This document shows positions 10,818 to 19,097 of a stretch of DNA of 64,000 bases, piece by piece; the stretch's first letter is position 1, and each line of letters begins with the position of its first letter. The stretch lies in assembly GCA_963713045.1 (NCBI GenBank), contig CAVQKE010000007.1, positions 384,001-448,000 on the forward strand, given 5' to 3'. Below the pieces are notes generated by a model. That model did not search any database. It was not told the origin of the DNA and saw nothing but the letters and a program-made list of their open reading frames with translations. The position numbers and the translations under genes are program-made. The DNA comes from an uncultured delta proteobacterium (GTDB lineage: Bacteria; Myxococcota; Myxococcia; Myxococcales; Myxococcaceae).

Positions 10818-12575
10818 TTGGCCCGTGCTGACCCGCACGCCTGGGCCGACGACGCCCAGCCGCGCCAGCAGCACCTGCGCTGGACGGCACGGGTGGACTT
10901 TGCTGCCCGGCAGCTTGCCGCCACCGCCGAGTTACGTTTCGACCGCGGGGGAGCGCGGGTGGACCTCGACACCCGCGGGCTGCAGGTGGACGCAGTCACC
11001 GGCCCATCCGGCCAGGCGCTGCCCTTCGCCCTCGGCCCGGACGACGCGGTCCTCGGCACCCGGCTGAGCGTCAGCTTGCCGGAAGGCGAGGCACGCTGCG
11101 TGGTGCACTACCGCACCGGCCCGGAGGCCACGGCGCTGCAGTGGCTCTCGGAGGAGCAAACGGCGTCCGGCAGGGCGCCCTTCCTCTACAGCCAGTGCCA
11201 GGCCATTCATGCCCGCTCGGTGGTGCCGCTTCAGGACAGCCCGCGCTTCCGCTTCACCTACGAAGCAGCCGTCACCGCACCGGTGGCCTTGCAGTCGCTG
11301 ATGGCCGCACGCTCCACCGGTCGGACAGAGACCGGCAGCGAGGCCACCGGACGTTGGGCCATGGACCAGCCCATTCCCCCGTACCTTTTCGCCTTCGCCG
11401 TGGGTGCACTCGACAGCCGCGAGCTGGGGCCGCGCTCCCGGGTGTGGGCCGAGCCGACCGTCGCCGACGCAGCGGCGTGGGAGTTTGCGCAGGTGGACCG
11501 CATGCTGACGCAGGCCGAAGCCCTGCTCGGCCCCTACGTGTGGGGACGCTTCGACGTGCTGGTCCTCCCGCCTTCCTTCCCCTACGGCGGCATGGAAAAT
11601 CCCACCCTCACCTTTCTCACGCCGACCGTCCTCGCCGGGGACAGGAGTTTGGTCAACGTCCTCGCTCACGAGCTGGCGCACAGCTGGACGGGCAACCTCG
11701 TCTCCAACGCCTCGGCCGAGGACTTCTGGCTCAATGAAGGCTTCACCGTCTTTGTCGAGCGCCGCATCCTCTCGGTGCTGGAAGGCCCGGAGGCAGTGGC
11801 CCTCCATGCCGCCGTCGGGCGCCAGTCGCTGGAGAACGCGGTGGCCGGCTTCCGGGAACGGCCAGCGCTGACTCGGCTGCGAACGCACCTCGCCGGCGTC
11901 GACCCCGACGACGCCTACAGCCAAGTGCCCTACGAAAAGGGCTACCTTTTCCTGAGGGCCTTGGAAGACGCGGTGGGCTCGGCGCCCTTTGACGCATTTC
12001 TGCGCCGTTACCTCCACCGCTTTGCCTTCCACAGCCTCACCACCCAGGAGTTTTTGGACTTCCTTCAGGCCGAGTTGCCGGAGGCCTTGGTCAAAGTGGA
12101 CGTGCCCAGCTGGGTGGATGGCGAGGGGATTCCCCCGGGGGCACCCGCACCGGCCAGCGCCCAGCTTGCCCGGCTGCAGGCGCTGGGTGGGCAGTTGCCG
12201 ACCGACGCCGAAGCGCGTGGCTTCAGCCCCCTGGCGTGGCAGGTGTACCTCGGCCGGCTGCCACGGCCGACGCCGCGCGACACGCTGGAAGCACTCGACG
12301 CCGCCTTCCACCTGACCGCCACGCGCAATGCGGACGTCCTCGTCGCCTGGCTGGTCCCGGCGCTCTCGGCGGGCTATGCGCCCGCGCTGGCGCGAAGCGA
12401 GGCCTTCCTGGGCGAGGTGGGTCGGATGAAATACCTGAAGCCCCTCTATGCGGCGTTGCTGGCGCGAGAGGAGACGCGGCCACGGGCGGAGGCTTGCTTC
12501 CGGCGCTACCGCAGCCGCTATCACGCCATCGCCGCCACAGGCTTGGAAAGCCTGCTTCGGCGCACTGCCGTCTAG
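10818..12575 (+). CDS. M1-family aminopeptidase / leukotriene A4 hydrolase-like
   Basis: FPYGGMENP, HELAHSWTGN...WLNEGF zinc motif, VPYEKG, VGRMKY. Confidence 0.93.
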   Translation: MARADPHAWADDAQPRQQHLRWTARVDFAARQLAATAELRFDRGGARVDLDTRGLQVDAVTGPSGQALPFALGPDDAVLGTRLSVSLPEGEARCVVHYRTGPEATALQWLSEEQTASGRAPFLYSQCQAIHARSVVPLQDSPRFRFTYEAAVTAPVALQSLMAARSTGRTETGSEATGRWAMDQPIPPYLFAFAVGALDSRELGPRSRVWAEPTVADAAAWEFAQVDRMLTQAEALLGPYVWGRFDVLVLPPSFPYGGMENPTLTFLTPTVLAGDRSLVNVLAHELAHSWTGNLVSNASAEDFWLNEGFTVFVERRILSVLEGPEAVALHAAVGRQSLENAVAGFRERPALTRLRTHLAGVDPDDAYSQVPYEKGYLFLRALEDAVGSAPFDAFLRRYLHRFAFHSLTTQEFLDFLQAELPEALVKVDVPSWVDGEGIPPGAPAPASAQLARLQALGGQLPTDAEARGFSPLAWQVYLGRLPRPTPRDTLEALDAAFHLTATRNADVLVAWLVPALSAGYAPALARSEAFLGEVGRMKYLKPLYAALLAREETRPRAEACFRRYRSRYHAIAATGLESLLRRTAV

Positions 12576-12765
12576 AGGTCTGGGGCCGACTGCGCTTCCC
12601 CACCACGAGACACCCTCTTGGAGGCAGGGTGGGCGCAACGTGAGGGGCCTTCAAGTAAATTGACGGCTGACAGCGTCGGCCCCGGGCGGGACTCGCCGCA
12701 TTGCGCTGGCCACAGCGCTGAGCCAGCAGTGCGACCGCCGGAAACCGACGTGAGAAGGAGGGAGC

Positions 12766-13182
12766 ATGCGACGACTGCCGTTTGTCGCCCTCGCGCTGGC
12801 CGTCGGCGCACCAACGCCGGCCCATGCCGACCAGGCGATGGCCGAGATGGAGAAGTACTACGTGGTGCTGCTGAAGCGCCCAACCAACGCCCCGAAGCTG
12901 GACGATGCGGCTCTCGAAGCGTTGCAAAAGCAGCACCTGGGCCACCTTCAGGCGCTTTACGAGGCGGGCAAAATTGTCCTCGCTGGGCCCTTCGACGAGC
13001 AGCGGGACGAAGCGCTGCGTGGAATGTGCCTTTACCGCGTGGCCAGCCTCGACGAAGCACGCACGCTGGCTGAGTCGGACCCAGCGGTGAAGGCCCGGCG
13101 CCTGGTGGTGGAGGTTTTCGCCTGGTGGGTGAAGAAGGGGACGGTCAGCTTCAAGCCGCCGCCCGCGCCAGCGGCCAAGTGA
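12766..13182 (+). CDS. Exported YciI-family protein
   Basis: Signal peptide (AHA-D), HLGHL, IVLAGPF, ESDPAVKA; RBS AGGAGGGAG. Confidence 0.8.
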   Translation: MRRLPFVALALAVGAPTPAHADQAMAEMEKYYVVLLKRPTNAPKLDDAALEALQKQHLGHLQALYEAGKIVLAGPFDEQRDEALRGMCLYRVASLDEARTLAESDPAVKARRLVVEVFAWWVKKGTVSFKPPPAPAAK

Positions 13183-13406
13183 GGAACGCCCGGGTGGCCC
13201 CCCCGGCTTTCTTCTGCAACGGGCCGCCGCGAACGCCACGTTTGAATTCCATCGCGGCACTGCAAAGGCGGGCTCCAGCGCCTTGGGGGAGTCGAGAGAC
13301 GGCCGCGCGGCCAGGGCCTGAAGCCTGAGGCCGCTCCGGCGAGGGGCTGAAATGGACCTCGCTCTCGTGCGTAGGGAACGGGAACGCGTTCAGCCCGGGC
13401 TTGGCC

Positions 13407-14630
13407 ATGCTCACCGACAACTTCAAGCTCGCGCTTCGCACGTTTTGGGGGCACCGCCTACGAAGCGTGCTGACGTTGCTCGGCATCGTCATCGGCGTTG
13501 CCACCGTCGTTTCGATGATGGCCCTTCTTCAAGGGCTTCGGCACAAGGTGGACGATGACCTCTCCGGACTGGGCGCCAACGGCTTCCAGCTTCAGAAGTG
13601 GCCCGCCGGCTTCGGCAATTTTGACTGGGACAAAATCGACCGGCGGCCGAACATCAATCTGAGCGACTACGAGGCCATCCAGAAGCAGCTGCCCGAGGTG
13701 GCCACGGTGACGGCCGAGGCCTACGGCGTGGGCCCGAAGAAGGTATCGACCGCCGAGCGCGAAACCAGGCCCAACGTGCAGATTGGAGGCGGGACCTTTC
13801 ACTTTTTCGACACCAACGCGCTCACCGTGCTCCGGGGGCGAAGCTTCAGTGAGGGTGAGGTCCAGGAGGGCGCCCAAGTGGCAGTCGTCGGCCTGGATGT
13901 GGCGGAGGTCCTCTTTCCGGACGTCGAGGCGGTTGGCCAGGAAATCCGCATCAGCAACCGCAGCTTTCAAATCATCGGCGTGCTCAAGCGCCAGGGCGGC
14001 ATTTTTGGCTCGGGCTACGACAACTCCGCCATCATCCCGATTCCGGTCTTCTTCGACCTCTACGGGAAGAACCGCTCTCTCAACGTCAGCATGCAAGCTT
14101 GGAATACCCAATCGCTCCAGAGGGCTCAGGACGGCGTCGAGTTACTGATGCGCCACCGGCACAACCTCCGGCCCGAACAGGAGAGCGACTTCACCATCTT
14201 CTCGAACGAATCCGCCACCCAGACGTTCAACCAAATCTCCTCGGTGGTGACCGCGGCGAGTTTTGGCGTGTGCCTGCTGTCGCTCATCGTCGGCGGCATC
14301 GGCATCCTCAACATCATGCTGGTGTCGGTCACCGAGCGGACGCAGGAGATTGGAATCCGCAAGGCGTTGGGTGCGCGCCGAAGCCGGATTCTCGGACAAT
14401 TCGCCACCGAGGCCTTGGTGCTTTCGGCGTTGGGTGGAGTGGTCGGCGTCGTCATCGGCTACGTGGTCGCCTTTCTCGGTCGCTGGGCGCTCGGTTTTCC
14501 GACCGACGTACCCTCTTGGTCGGTCGGCGTCGCGCTGGCCATGTCCTCGGCGGTCGGGCTCGGGTTTGGAATTTACCCCGCCGCCCGCGCTGCCGGCCTC
14601 GACCCAGTCGAGGCAATGCGCAGCGAATAG
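13407..14630 (+). CDS. MacB/FtsX-like ABC transporter permease
   Basis: LRSVLTLLGIVIGVATV, VGGIGILNIMLVSVTERTQEIGIRKALGA, YPAARAAGLDPVEAMRSE. Confidence 0.92.
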   Translation: MLTDNFKLALRTFWGHRLRSVLTLLGIVIGVATVVSMMALLQGLRHKVDDDLSGLGANGFQLQKWPAGFGNFDWDKIDRRPNINLSDYEAIQKQLPEVATVTAEAYGVGPKKVSTAERETRPNVQIGGGTFHFFDTNALTVLRGRSFSEGEVQEGAQVAVVGLDVAEVLFPDVEAVGQEIRISNRSFQIIGVLKRQGGIFGSGYDNSAIIPIPVFFDLYGKNRSLNVSMQAWNTQSLQRAQDGVELLMRHRHNLRPEQESDFTIFSNESATQTFNQISSVVTAASFGVCLLSLIVGGIGILNIMLVSVTERTQEIGIRKALGARRSRILGQFATEALVLSALGGVVGVVIGYVVAFLGRWALGFPTDVPSWSVGVALAMSSAVGLGFGIYPAARAAGLDPVEAMRSE

Positions 14631-14689
14631 CCGCCTTCCGGACGGGCAACAGGTGCATTGGCGGTCGACGGTGCGCTACACCGTCGTGG

Positions 14690-15742
14690 ATGACCCGCCT
14701 TCGTTCGGGCATCCTCCTCCTGTTGGTTACGGGTTGCGCCTCCGAGCAGTCACAGGGCGCAGGACCGGTGGTGCCAAGACCAACGGACATGGCTGTCCTG
14801 CCCTCGTCCGCACGCCCTCACCCGGTTTCCTTGCTGGGAGGGGGCAGCACCACGAGGGTGTCGATGGACTACTTGGGCTACGAGGCCACCACCGACACCG
14901 TTTGGGCTCCGGGCGGAAACACCGGGCGCGTCTTCGTCCTCGACGCACAAACCGAGCGAGTGCAATCCGTCGAGGGTTTCGCCACGCGCGAAGTCAGCGG
15001 ACGCACCGTCGGCCCAAGCAGCGTCACCTTTGGCCCGCGCGCCGCCTACGTCGGGAACCGCGCAGACGCCTCCGTCTGCGCGATTGACTTGTCCACCCAT
15101 CAGCGAGGCGCCTGCGCCACGCTGGCCACTGCGCCGGATGGCCTGGCCTACGTGGGGAAAACCCAGGAGGTGTGGGCCACCTTGCCGCCTTCCAAGTCCA
15201 TTGCCGTGCTGGCGACTTCCGCCGCTGGGCTGGTTTCGAAGGCACAGGTGCAGCTGGACGGCGTTCCGGAGGGGTACGCTGTCGACCTACGGCGCGGGCG
15301 CTTCTACACCAACCTCCGCGACCGGGACGAGACGCTGGCGGTGGACCTCACCACGCGCGCCGTGGTGGCGCGCTGGAAGACGGGCTGCGGCGCGAAAGGA
15401 CCGAGGGGGCTCGCCCTGGACGGCGAGAGCGGGTTGCTCTTCGTCGCCTGTACCGACGGCTTCGTCGGGCTGCTGCTCGAACGAAACGGTTTCCAGGTGG
15501 CTGGCTTAGTCACCGGGGCTGGTGTGGACAACCCAGACATTCTCCCGGGCATGAAGCGCCTCTTCGCGGCTTCCGGCGACACCGGCATGCTGTCCTTCGT
15601 CGGCTATACCGAGGACGGACACCTGCGCCTGCTGCGTCGGCTTGCCACCGCTCCCGGAGTCCGTGTCGTCGTCGCGGACAAGCGTGGAAAGGCGTTCGCC
15701 GCGGATTCGGCGGCGGGGTGTCTCTGGGTCGCCGGGCCCTGA
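14690..15742 (+). CDS. YncE-like beta-propeller lipoprotein
   Basis: Lipobox LVTG-C; MDYLGYE, PDGLAY, PEGYAVD, PRGLALD blade motifs. Confidence 0.75.
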   Translation: MTRLRSGILLLLVTGCASEQSQGAGPVVPRPTDMAVLPSSARPHPVSLLGGGSTTRVSMDYLGYEATTDTVWAPGGNTGRVFVLDAQTERVQSVEGFATREVSGRTVGPSSVTFGPRAAYVGNRADASVCAIDLSTHQRGACATLATAPDGLAYVGKTQEVWATLPPSKSIAVLATSAAGLVSKAQVQLDGVPEGYAVDLRRGRFYTNLRDRDETLAVDLTTRAVVARWKTGCGAKGPRGLALDGESGLLFVACTDGFVGLLLERNGFQVAGLVTGAGVDNPDILPGMKRLFAASGDTGMLSFVGYTEDGHLRLLRRLATAPGVRVVVADKRGKAFAADSAAGCLWVAGP

Positions 15743-15817
15743 AGGGGGGGCCGGGCGGGCGAGTAGACATCCTCTGCCTGGAACGACAGGCTTCCCGCAA
15801 ACCCCCGGAGGAGCTTC

Positions 15818-16504
15818 ATGCGCCCCATTCATTTCCCTGGCGAGACGGCCGCGTACCGGTCTGCTCGGGATGAGCTACTTCACGCCGAGCAGGCGCTGCG
15901 CAGGCAGGTGGAAGCAGTCGCCGCCGCTCGCCGGCGTCTGCCCCTGGGTGGGCCGGTGCCCGAAGACTACGTCTTCGAGGAAGGCGCGGGGGACATCGAC
16001 GACGTTTCAGCACCTCGCCGGGTCCGCCTCTCAGAGTTATTCGCGCCGGGCAAAGACGCGCTCGTCCTGTACAGCTTCATGTTCAGTTCTGACATGGACC
16101 ATGCCTGCCCGATGTGCAGTAGCTTCCTCGACGGCCTCAACGGAAATGCTCGCCACATCGCCGAGCGGGTCAATCTTGCGGTGGTTGCGAAGTCGCCCAT
16201 CGCGCGCATCCGCGACTTCGCGCGGGCCAGACCCTGGCGCAACCTTCGTCTCCTCTCCTCGCAGAAGAACGACTTCAACCGCGACTACCTGGGCGACGCT
16301 GAGGACGGCTCGCAGAACAGCGTCATCCACACCTTCGTCAAGCGGGACGGCCGGGTGCACCATTTCTACAGCTCGGAGATGGCGTTCGGGCAGAGCGACC
16401 CCGGCCAAAACCAGCGGCACGTTGACCTCATGTGGCCCCTGTGGAACGTCCTGGACATTACTCCCGAGGGGAGAGGGGCCGACTGGTACCCGAAGCTGTC
16501 CTAA
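15818..16504 (+). CDS. DUF899 thioredoxin-like protein
   Basis: ARDELLHAEQAL..VAAARRRLP, YSFMF..ACPMCS, WNVLDITPEGR. Confidence 0.88.
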   Translation: MRPIHFPGETAAYRSARDELLHAEQALRRQVEAVAAARRRLPLGGPVPEDYVFEEGAGDIDDVSAPRRVRLSELFAPGKDALVLYSFMFSSDMDHACPMCSSFLDGLNGNARHIAERVNLAVVAKSPIARIRDFARARPWRNLRLLSSQKNDFNRDYLGDAEDGSQNSVIHTFVKRDGRVHHFYSSEMAFGQSDPGQNQRHVDLMWPLWNVLDITPEGRGADWYPKLS

Positions 16505-16743
16505 GTCTTTGCCCCGGCGTCCCCCGCTGGCGAGGACTGCGCACCCAGGGGCCTTCGAAAAAAAAAGGAAACAGCCTCGGCGTGTCCAATTGAAGACATG
16601 CCGGCCTTGGCAAGTCGCGGGGCCCGCCGCAGGGGCGTGTAGGGAAGCTTCCGGCAATTCGTACCTTCACGCGGGTGCGGCCGCCGCTACTGCCGGCGGG
16701 TCGCTGTAGCCGGTGGCGCTACGGTTTCACCCTGTCCGGTCGA

Positions 16744-16790
16744 CCAACTCGCCAGAACCACAGCGAGTTGGCGCGTGGCATTCTCCTCGC
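16744..16790 (+). promoter_or_regulatory. Sigma54-like promoter with adjacent 9-bp inverted repeat, upstream of small peptide gene 1
   Basis: TGGCATTCTCCTCGC (GG-N10-GC, 16776-16790); CCAACTCGC-N10-GCGAGTTGG (16744-16771). Confidence 0.5.
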
Positions 16791-16825
16791 AATGGTCGCC
16801 TCCTGTCGTTCAACGGGAGGAAGCC

Positions 16826-17056
16826 ATGAAGGACTTGAAGACGTTTGGGTGGTTGTCGCTGACTTCGATTGCGCTGTTCGCCTTCGCTGGGTGTGGTCAA
16901 GCCGTCGCGGGGGGCGAACAGCCGCAGCCGGCTGTTGCCCAGGTGCAGGTCGCCATCGCCGACAGCCAGCCGACATCCGACGCGGACAGCGACAATGGAC
17001 CGGGCTGTGCCGAGTCCGCATTGGACAGCTCCGCGCGGACGATTGCGCAGAGGTAA
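16826..17056 (+). CDS. Small exported (lipo)peptide 1, 76 aa
   Basis: RBS GGGAGG before ATG; hydrophobic signal ending FAG-C lipobox; motif shared with 17168-17413. Confidence 0.65.
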   Translation: MKDLKTFGWLSLTSIALFAFAGCGQAVAGGEQPQPAVAQVQVAIADSQPTSDADSDNGPGCAESALDSSARTIAQR

Positions 17057-17064
17057 ACGACCCG

Positions 17065-17106
17065 ACCGCTGGGGGGCGGCCAACTCCGCCCCCCGTGGCC
17101 AGCGGT
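17065..17106 (+). terminator. Strong stem-loop after peptide gene 1 (terminator, attenuator or mRNA stabiliser)
   Basis: GGGGGGCGG-CCAACT-CCGCCCCCC 9-bp stem (17071-17094) enclosed by ACCGCT/AGCGGT; no U tract. Confidence 0.45.
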
Positions 17107-17167
17107 GGACCCTGCGATAGCGGGGCGGCGGCTGGCACTGAGACCTTGAGGCCCAAAGGAGGGTCCG

Positions 17168-17413
17168 ATGACAAACCAAGCCGCAGAACCGTCTTCCGCC
17201 CAGGGACGCAAGCTTCTCCCCGTTTTCGTTCTCCTTGTGCTGGGAGCGCTTGCCGTGAGGAGCGTCCTGCACCAGGTACCGGCCCTTGCTTCTGAAGCTC
17301 TCCCAGCGGCCGCCGTGCGCCAGGCGCAGACGCCGGCCAACGTCGCCGAAGCCGAGGCGGACTTCGGACCCGGGGAGGACGAGGCCGCGGTCGCGAAATG
17401 CCCAGAAAAGTGA
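17168..17413 (+). CDS. Small exported/membrane peptide 2, 81 aa
   Basis: RBS AAGGAGG; hydrophobic stretch LLPVFVLLVLGALAV; paralogous motif EAEADFGPGEDEAA. Confidence 0.65.
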   Translation: MTNQAAEPSSAQGRKLLPVFVLLVLGALAVRSVLHQVPALASEALPAAAVRQAQTPANVAEAEADFGPGEDEAAVAKCPEK

Positions 17414-17614
17414 GGGCGGCGCGCCCAGCCTCGGGCGCGACGCCCGTCCTGGCGGCTCGGGCCTAGCGCCCCGCAGTGGCCCTCGCGGCCCCCGATGGAC
17501 CCGCAGCTGTTGGTCCGCAGTCGGTGCCCCGGGGCAACTGGGCCCGAGCTTTCTCTGGCCGGAGTTCTGGCAAGATGAGGCGCTCTGGAATCCTCGCCTC
17601 AAACGCCGGCGTCG

Positions 17615-18160
17615 TTGGTTGACCGCATCCGCGCTGGGGATGGCTTCGCCGAGACGGAATTGGTGACGCGCTTCGACCGTGGCGTTCGCGCCATCCTCCG
17701 CAACGTGGCGCGTAATTCGGCGCTGGTGGAAGACCTTCACCAGGAGACGATGCGCATCCTTTTGGAGCGGATTCGGGAGGGTGCCATTCGGGACCCGACC
17801 CAGCTGGGGAGCTTCGTCGCCTCACTTGCCAGAAACCTCGCCACCCAACACTTCCGAAAAGCGCAACAGACGCAATCCACAGGCGAGGGAGAACTTGAGC
17901 GTCTCGTCGACCCGTCGCCGGATGCTCAGGAGGCCCTGGCACAGCGGGACCAGGCAAACCTCGTTCGTCAGGTGCTCGAAAGTCTTTCCATGAAACGGGA
18001 TCGCGACGTTCTGCGGAGGTTTTATCTCGGCCAGGACGACAAGGACCTCCTCTGCGCCGAGTACGGCTTGAGCAGTCTCCAGTTCAACCGCGTATTGCAT
18101 CGGGCTCGGGACCGTTTCCGAGAGCTTTGGCAGCAGATGGCGGCATCGGCCCACCCGTGA
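17615..18160 (+). CDS. ECF sigma-70 factor
   Basis: Region 2 (LVEDLHQET..SFVASLARN) and region 4 (RDRDVLRRFY..RVLHRARDRFRE); start uncertain (TTG 17615 or CTG 17585). Confidence 0.88.
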   Translation: MVDRIRAGDGFAETELVTRFDRGVRAILRNVARNSALVEDLHQETMRILLERIREGAIRDPTQLGSFVASLARNLATQHFRKAQQTQSTGEGELERLVDPSPDAQEALAQRDQANLVRQVLESLSMKRDRDVLRRFYLGQDDKDLLCAEYGLSSLQFNRVLHRARDRFRELWQQMAASAHP

Positions 18161-18172
18161 GGCGATAATTCC

Positions 18173-18982
18173 GTGGCTCGCGACACCCTACCGGTGAAGA
18201 TGGACCACCAGCTCATCGACGACGGCCTCTGGCCCGAGCGCTACGTCACCGGTCGCTTGGACCCGGCGGAACGCGCCCAATTCGAGGCGCATTTTGTCGA
18301 CTGCTCAGGCTGCCTGGACCGCATCGAAGCCGCCGAGGCCCTGGCTTTGGGTGTGAAAGCTGCGAGCGCAGCTTCCCCGCCCGCCCGCCCGGCCCGCATC
18401 CGTCCCCCGCCGTCACGCTGGGCGCTTCGCTCGCGGTGGGCCATCGCTGGCGCCTGCGCCGCGGGACTCCTCGCCGTCCTCTGGGTAAATACCTCCAGAA
18501 GGAGAATGGAGGAGGAAGTTGCCGCTGAACGGCGGAGTCGGGCCGAGGCGATGGCCGAGACGGCAGTGGAGCAGAACCAACTCCAAAAGGAGCGGGCAGC
18601 GCGCCAGGATGCTGAAGCCCGACTGGAGGCGCAACGCCGGCCTCCCGTCCGCGTCCCGGTGCTCGCCCTGTTGGCGACGCGCGGCGCTGACGGCCCCTCG
18701 CTCGAGCTTCCGGAGACGGCACAGCCCGTCGTTCTCTCCGTCGAGCGAGAGGAGCCCCCACGCTTCGCGGCGTACTTCGTGAACATCCACTCCGAGGGTG
18801 GAGGCGAGGTGTGGCAGGGGCGCATTCTGCCGAGTTCGCGCGATGCAGTCGCATTCGCTATCGGCTCAAGCTTCTTCAGCTTGGGAAAGTACGTCCTCAG
18901 CCTGGAAGGCGAGGAGGCGGGTGGCCGCAAAATCCCTCTGGGCAGGTATTCCTTTCGGACCGTCGCCGCGTCCAAAAATTAA
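18173..18982 (+). CDS. zf-HC2 transmembrane anti-sigma factor with coiled coil and extracytoplasmic C-terminal domain
   Basis: HFVDCSGC (HxxxCxxC) from 18290; TM WAIAGACAAGLLAVLWV; heptad-like E/Q/R-rich segment; beta-rich tail. Confidence 0.82.
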   Translation: MARDTLPVKMDHQLIDDGLWPERYVTGRLDPAERAQFEAHFVDCSGCLDRIEAAEALALGVKAASAASPPARPARIRPPPSRWALRSRWAIAGACAAGLLAVLWVNTSRRRMEEEVAAERRSRAEAMAETAVEQNQLQKERAARQDAEARLEAQRRPPVRVPVLALLATRGADGPSLELPETAQPVVLSVEREEPPRFAAYFVNIHSEGGGEVWQGRILPSSRDAVAFAIGSSFFSLGKYVLSLEGEEAGGRKIPLGRYSFRTVAASKN

Positions 18983-19097
18983 CACCGGGGACCTTCAGGC
19001 GCGGTGGGATAGCGCGGCCCGTCTCGACACAGAAACCCATGTGAAGGACACGTTCCGGTAAGGATACGAAGTCACAGCTTTGCCAGCGGGAAGGGCG

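Noticed and set aside
17576..17578. TGA as selenocysteine in the ECF sigma
   Set aside because: No evident SECIS and no Cys-equivalent position in ECF sigma factors
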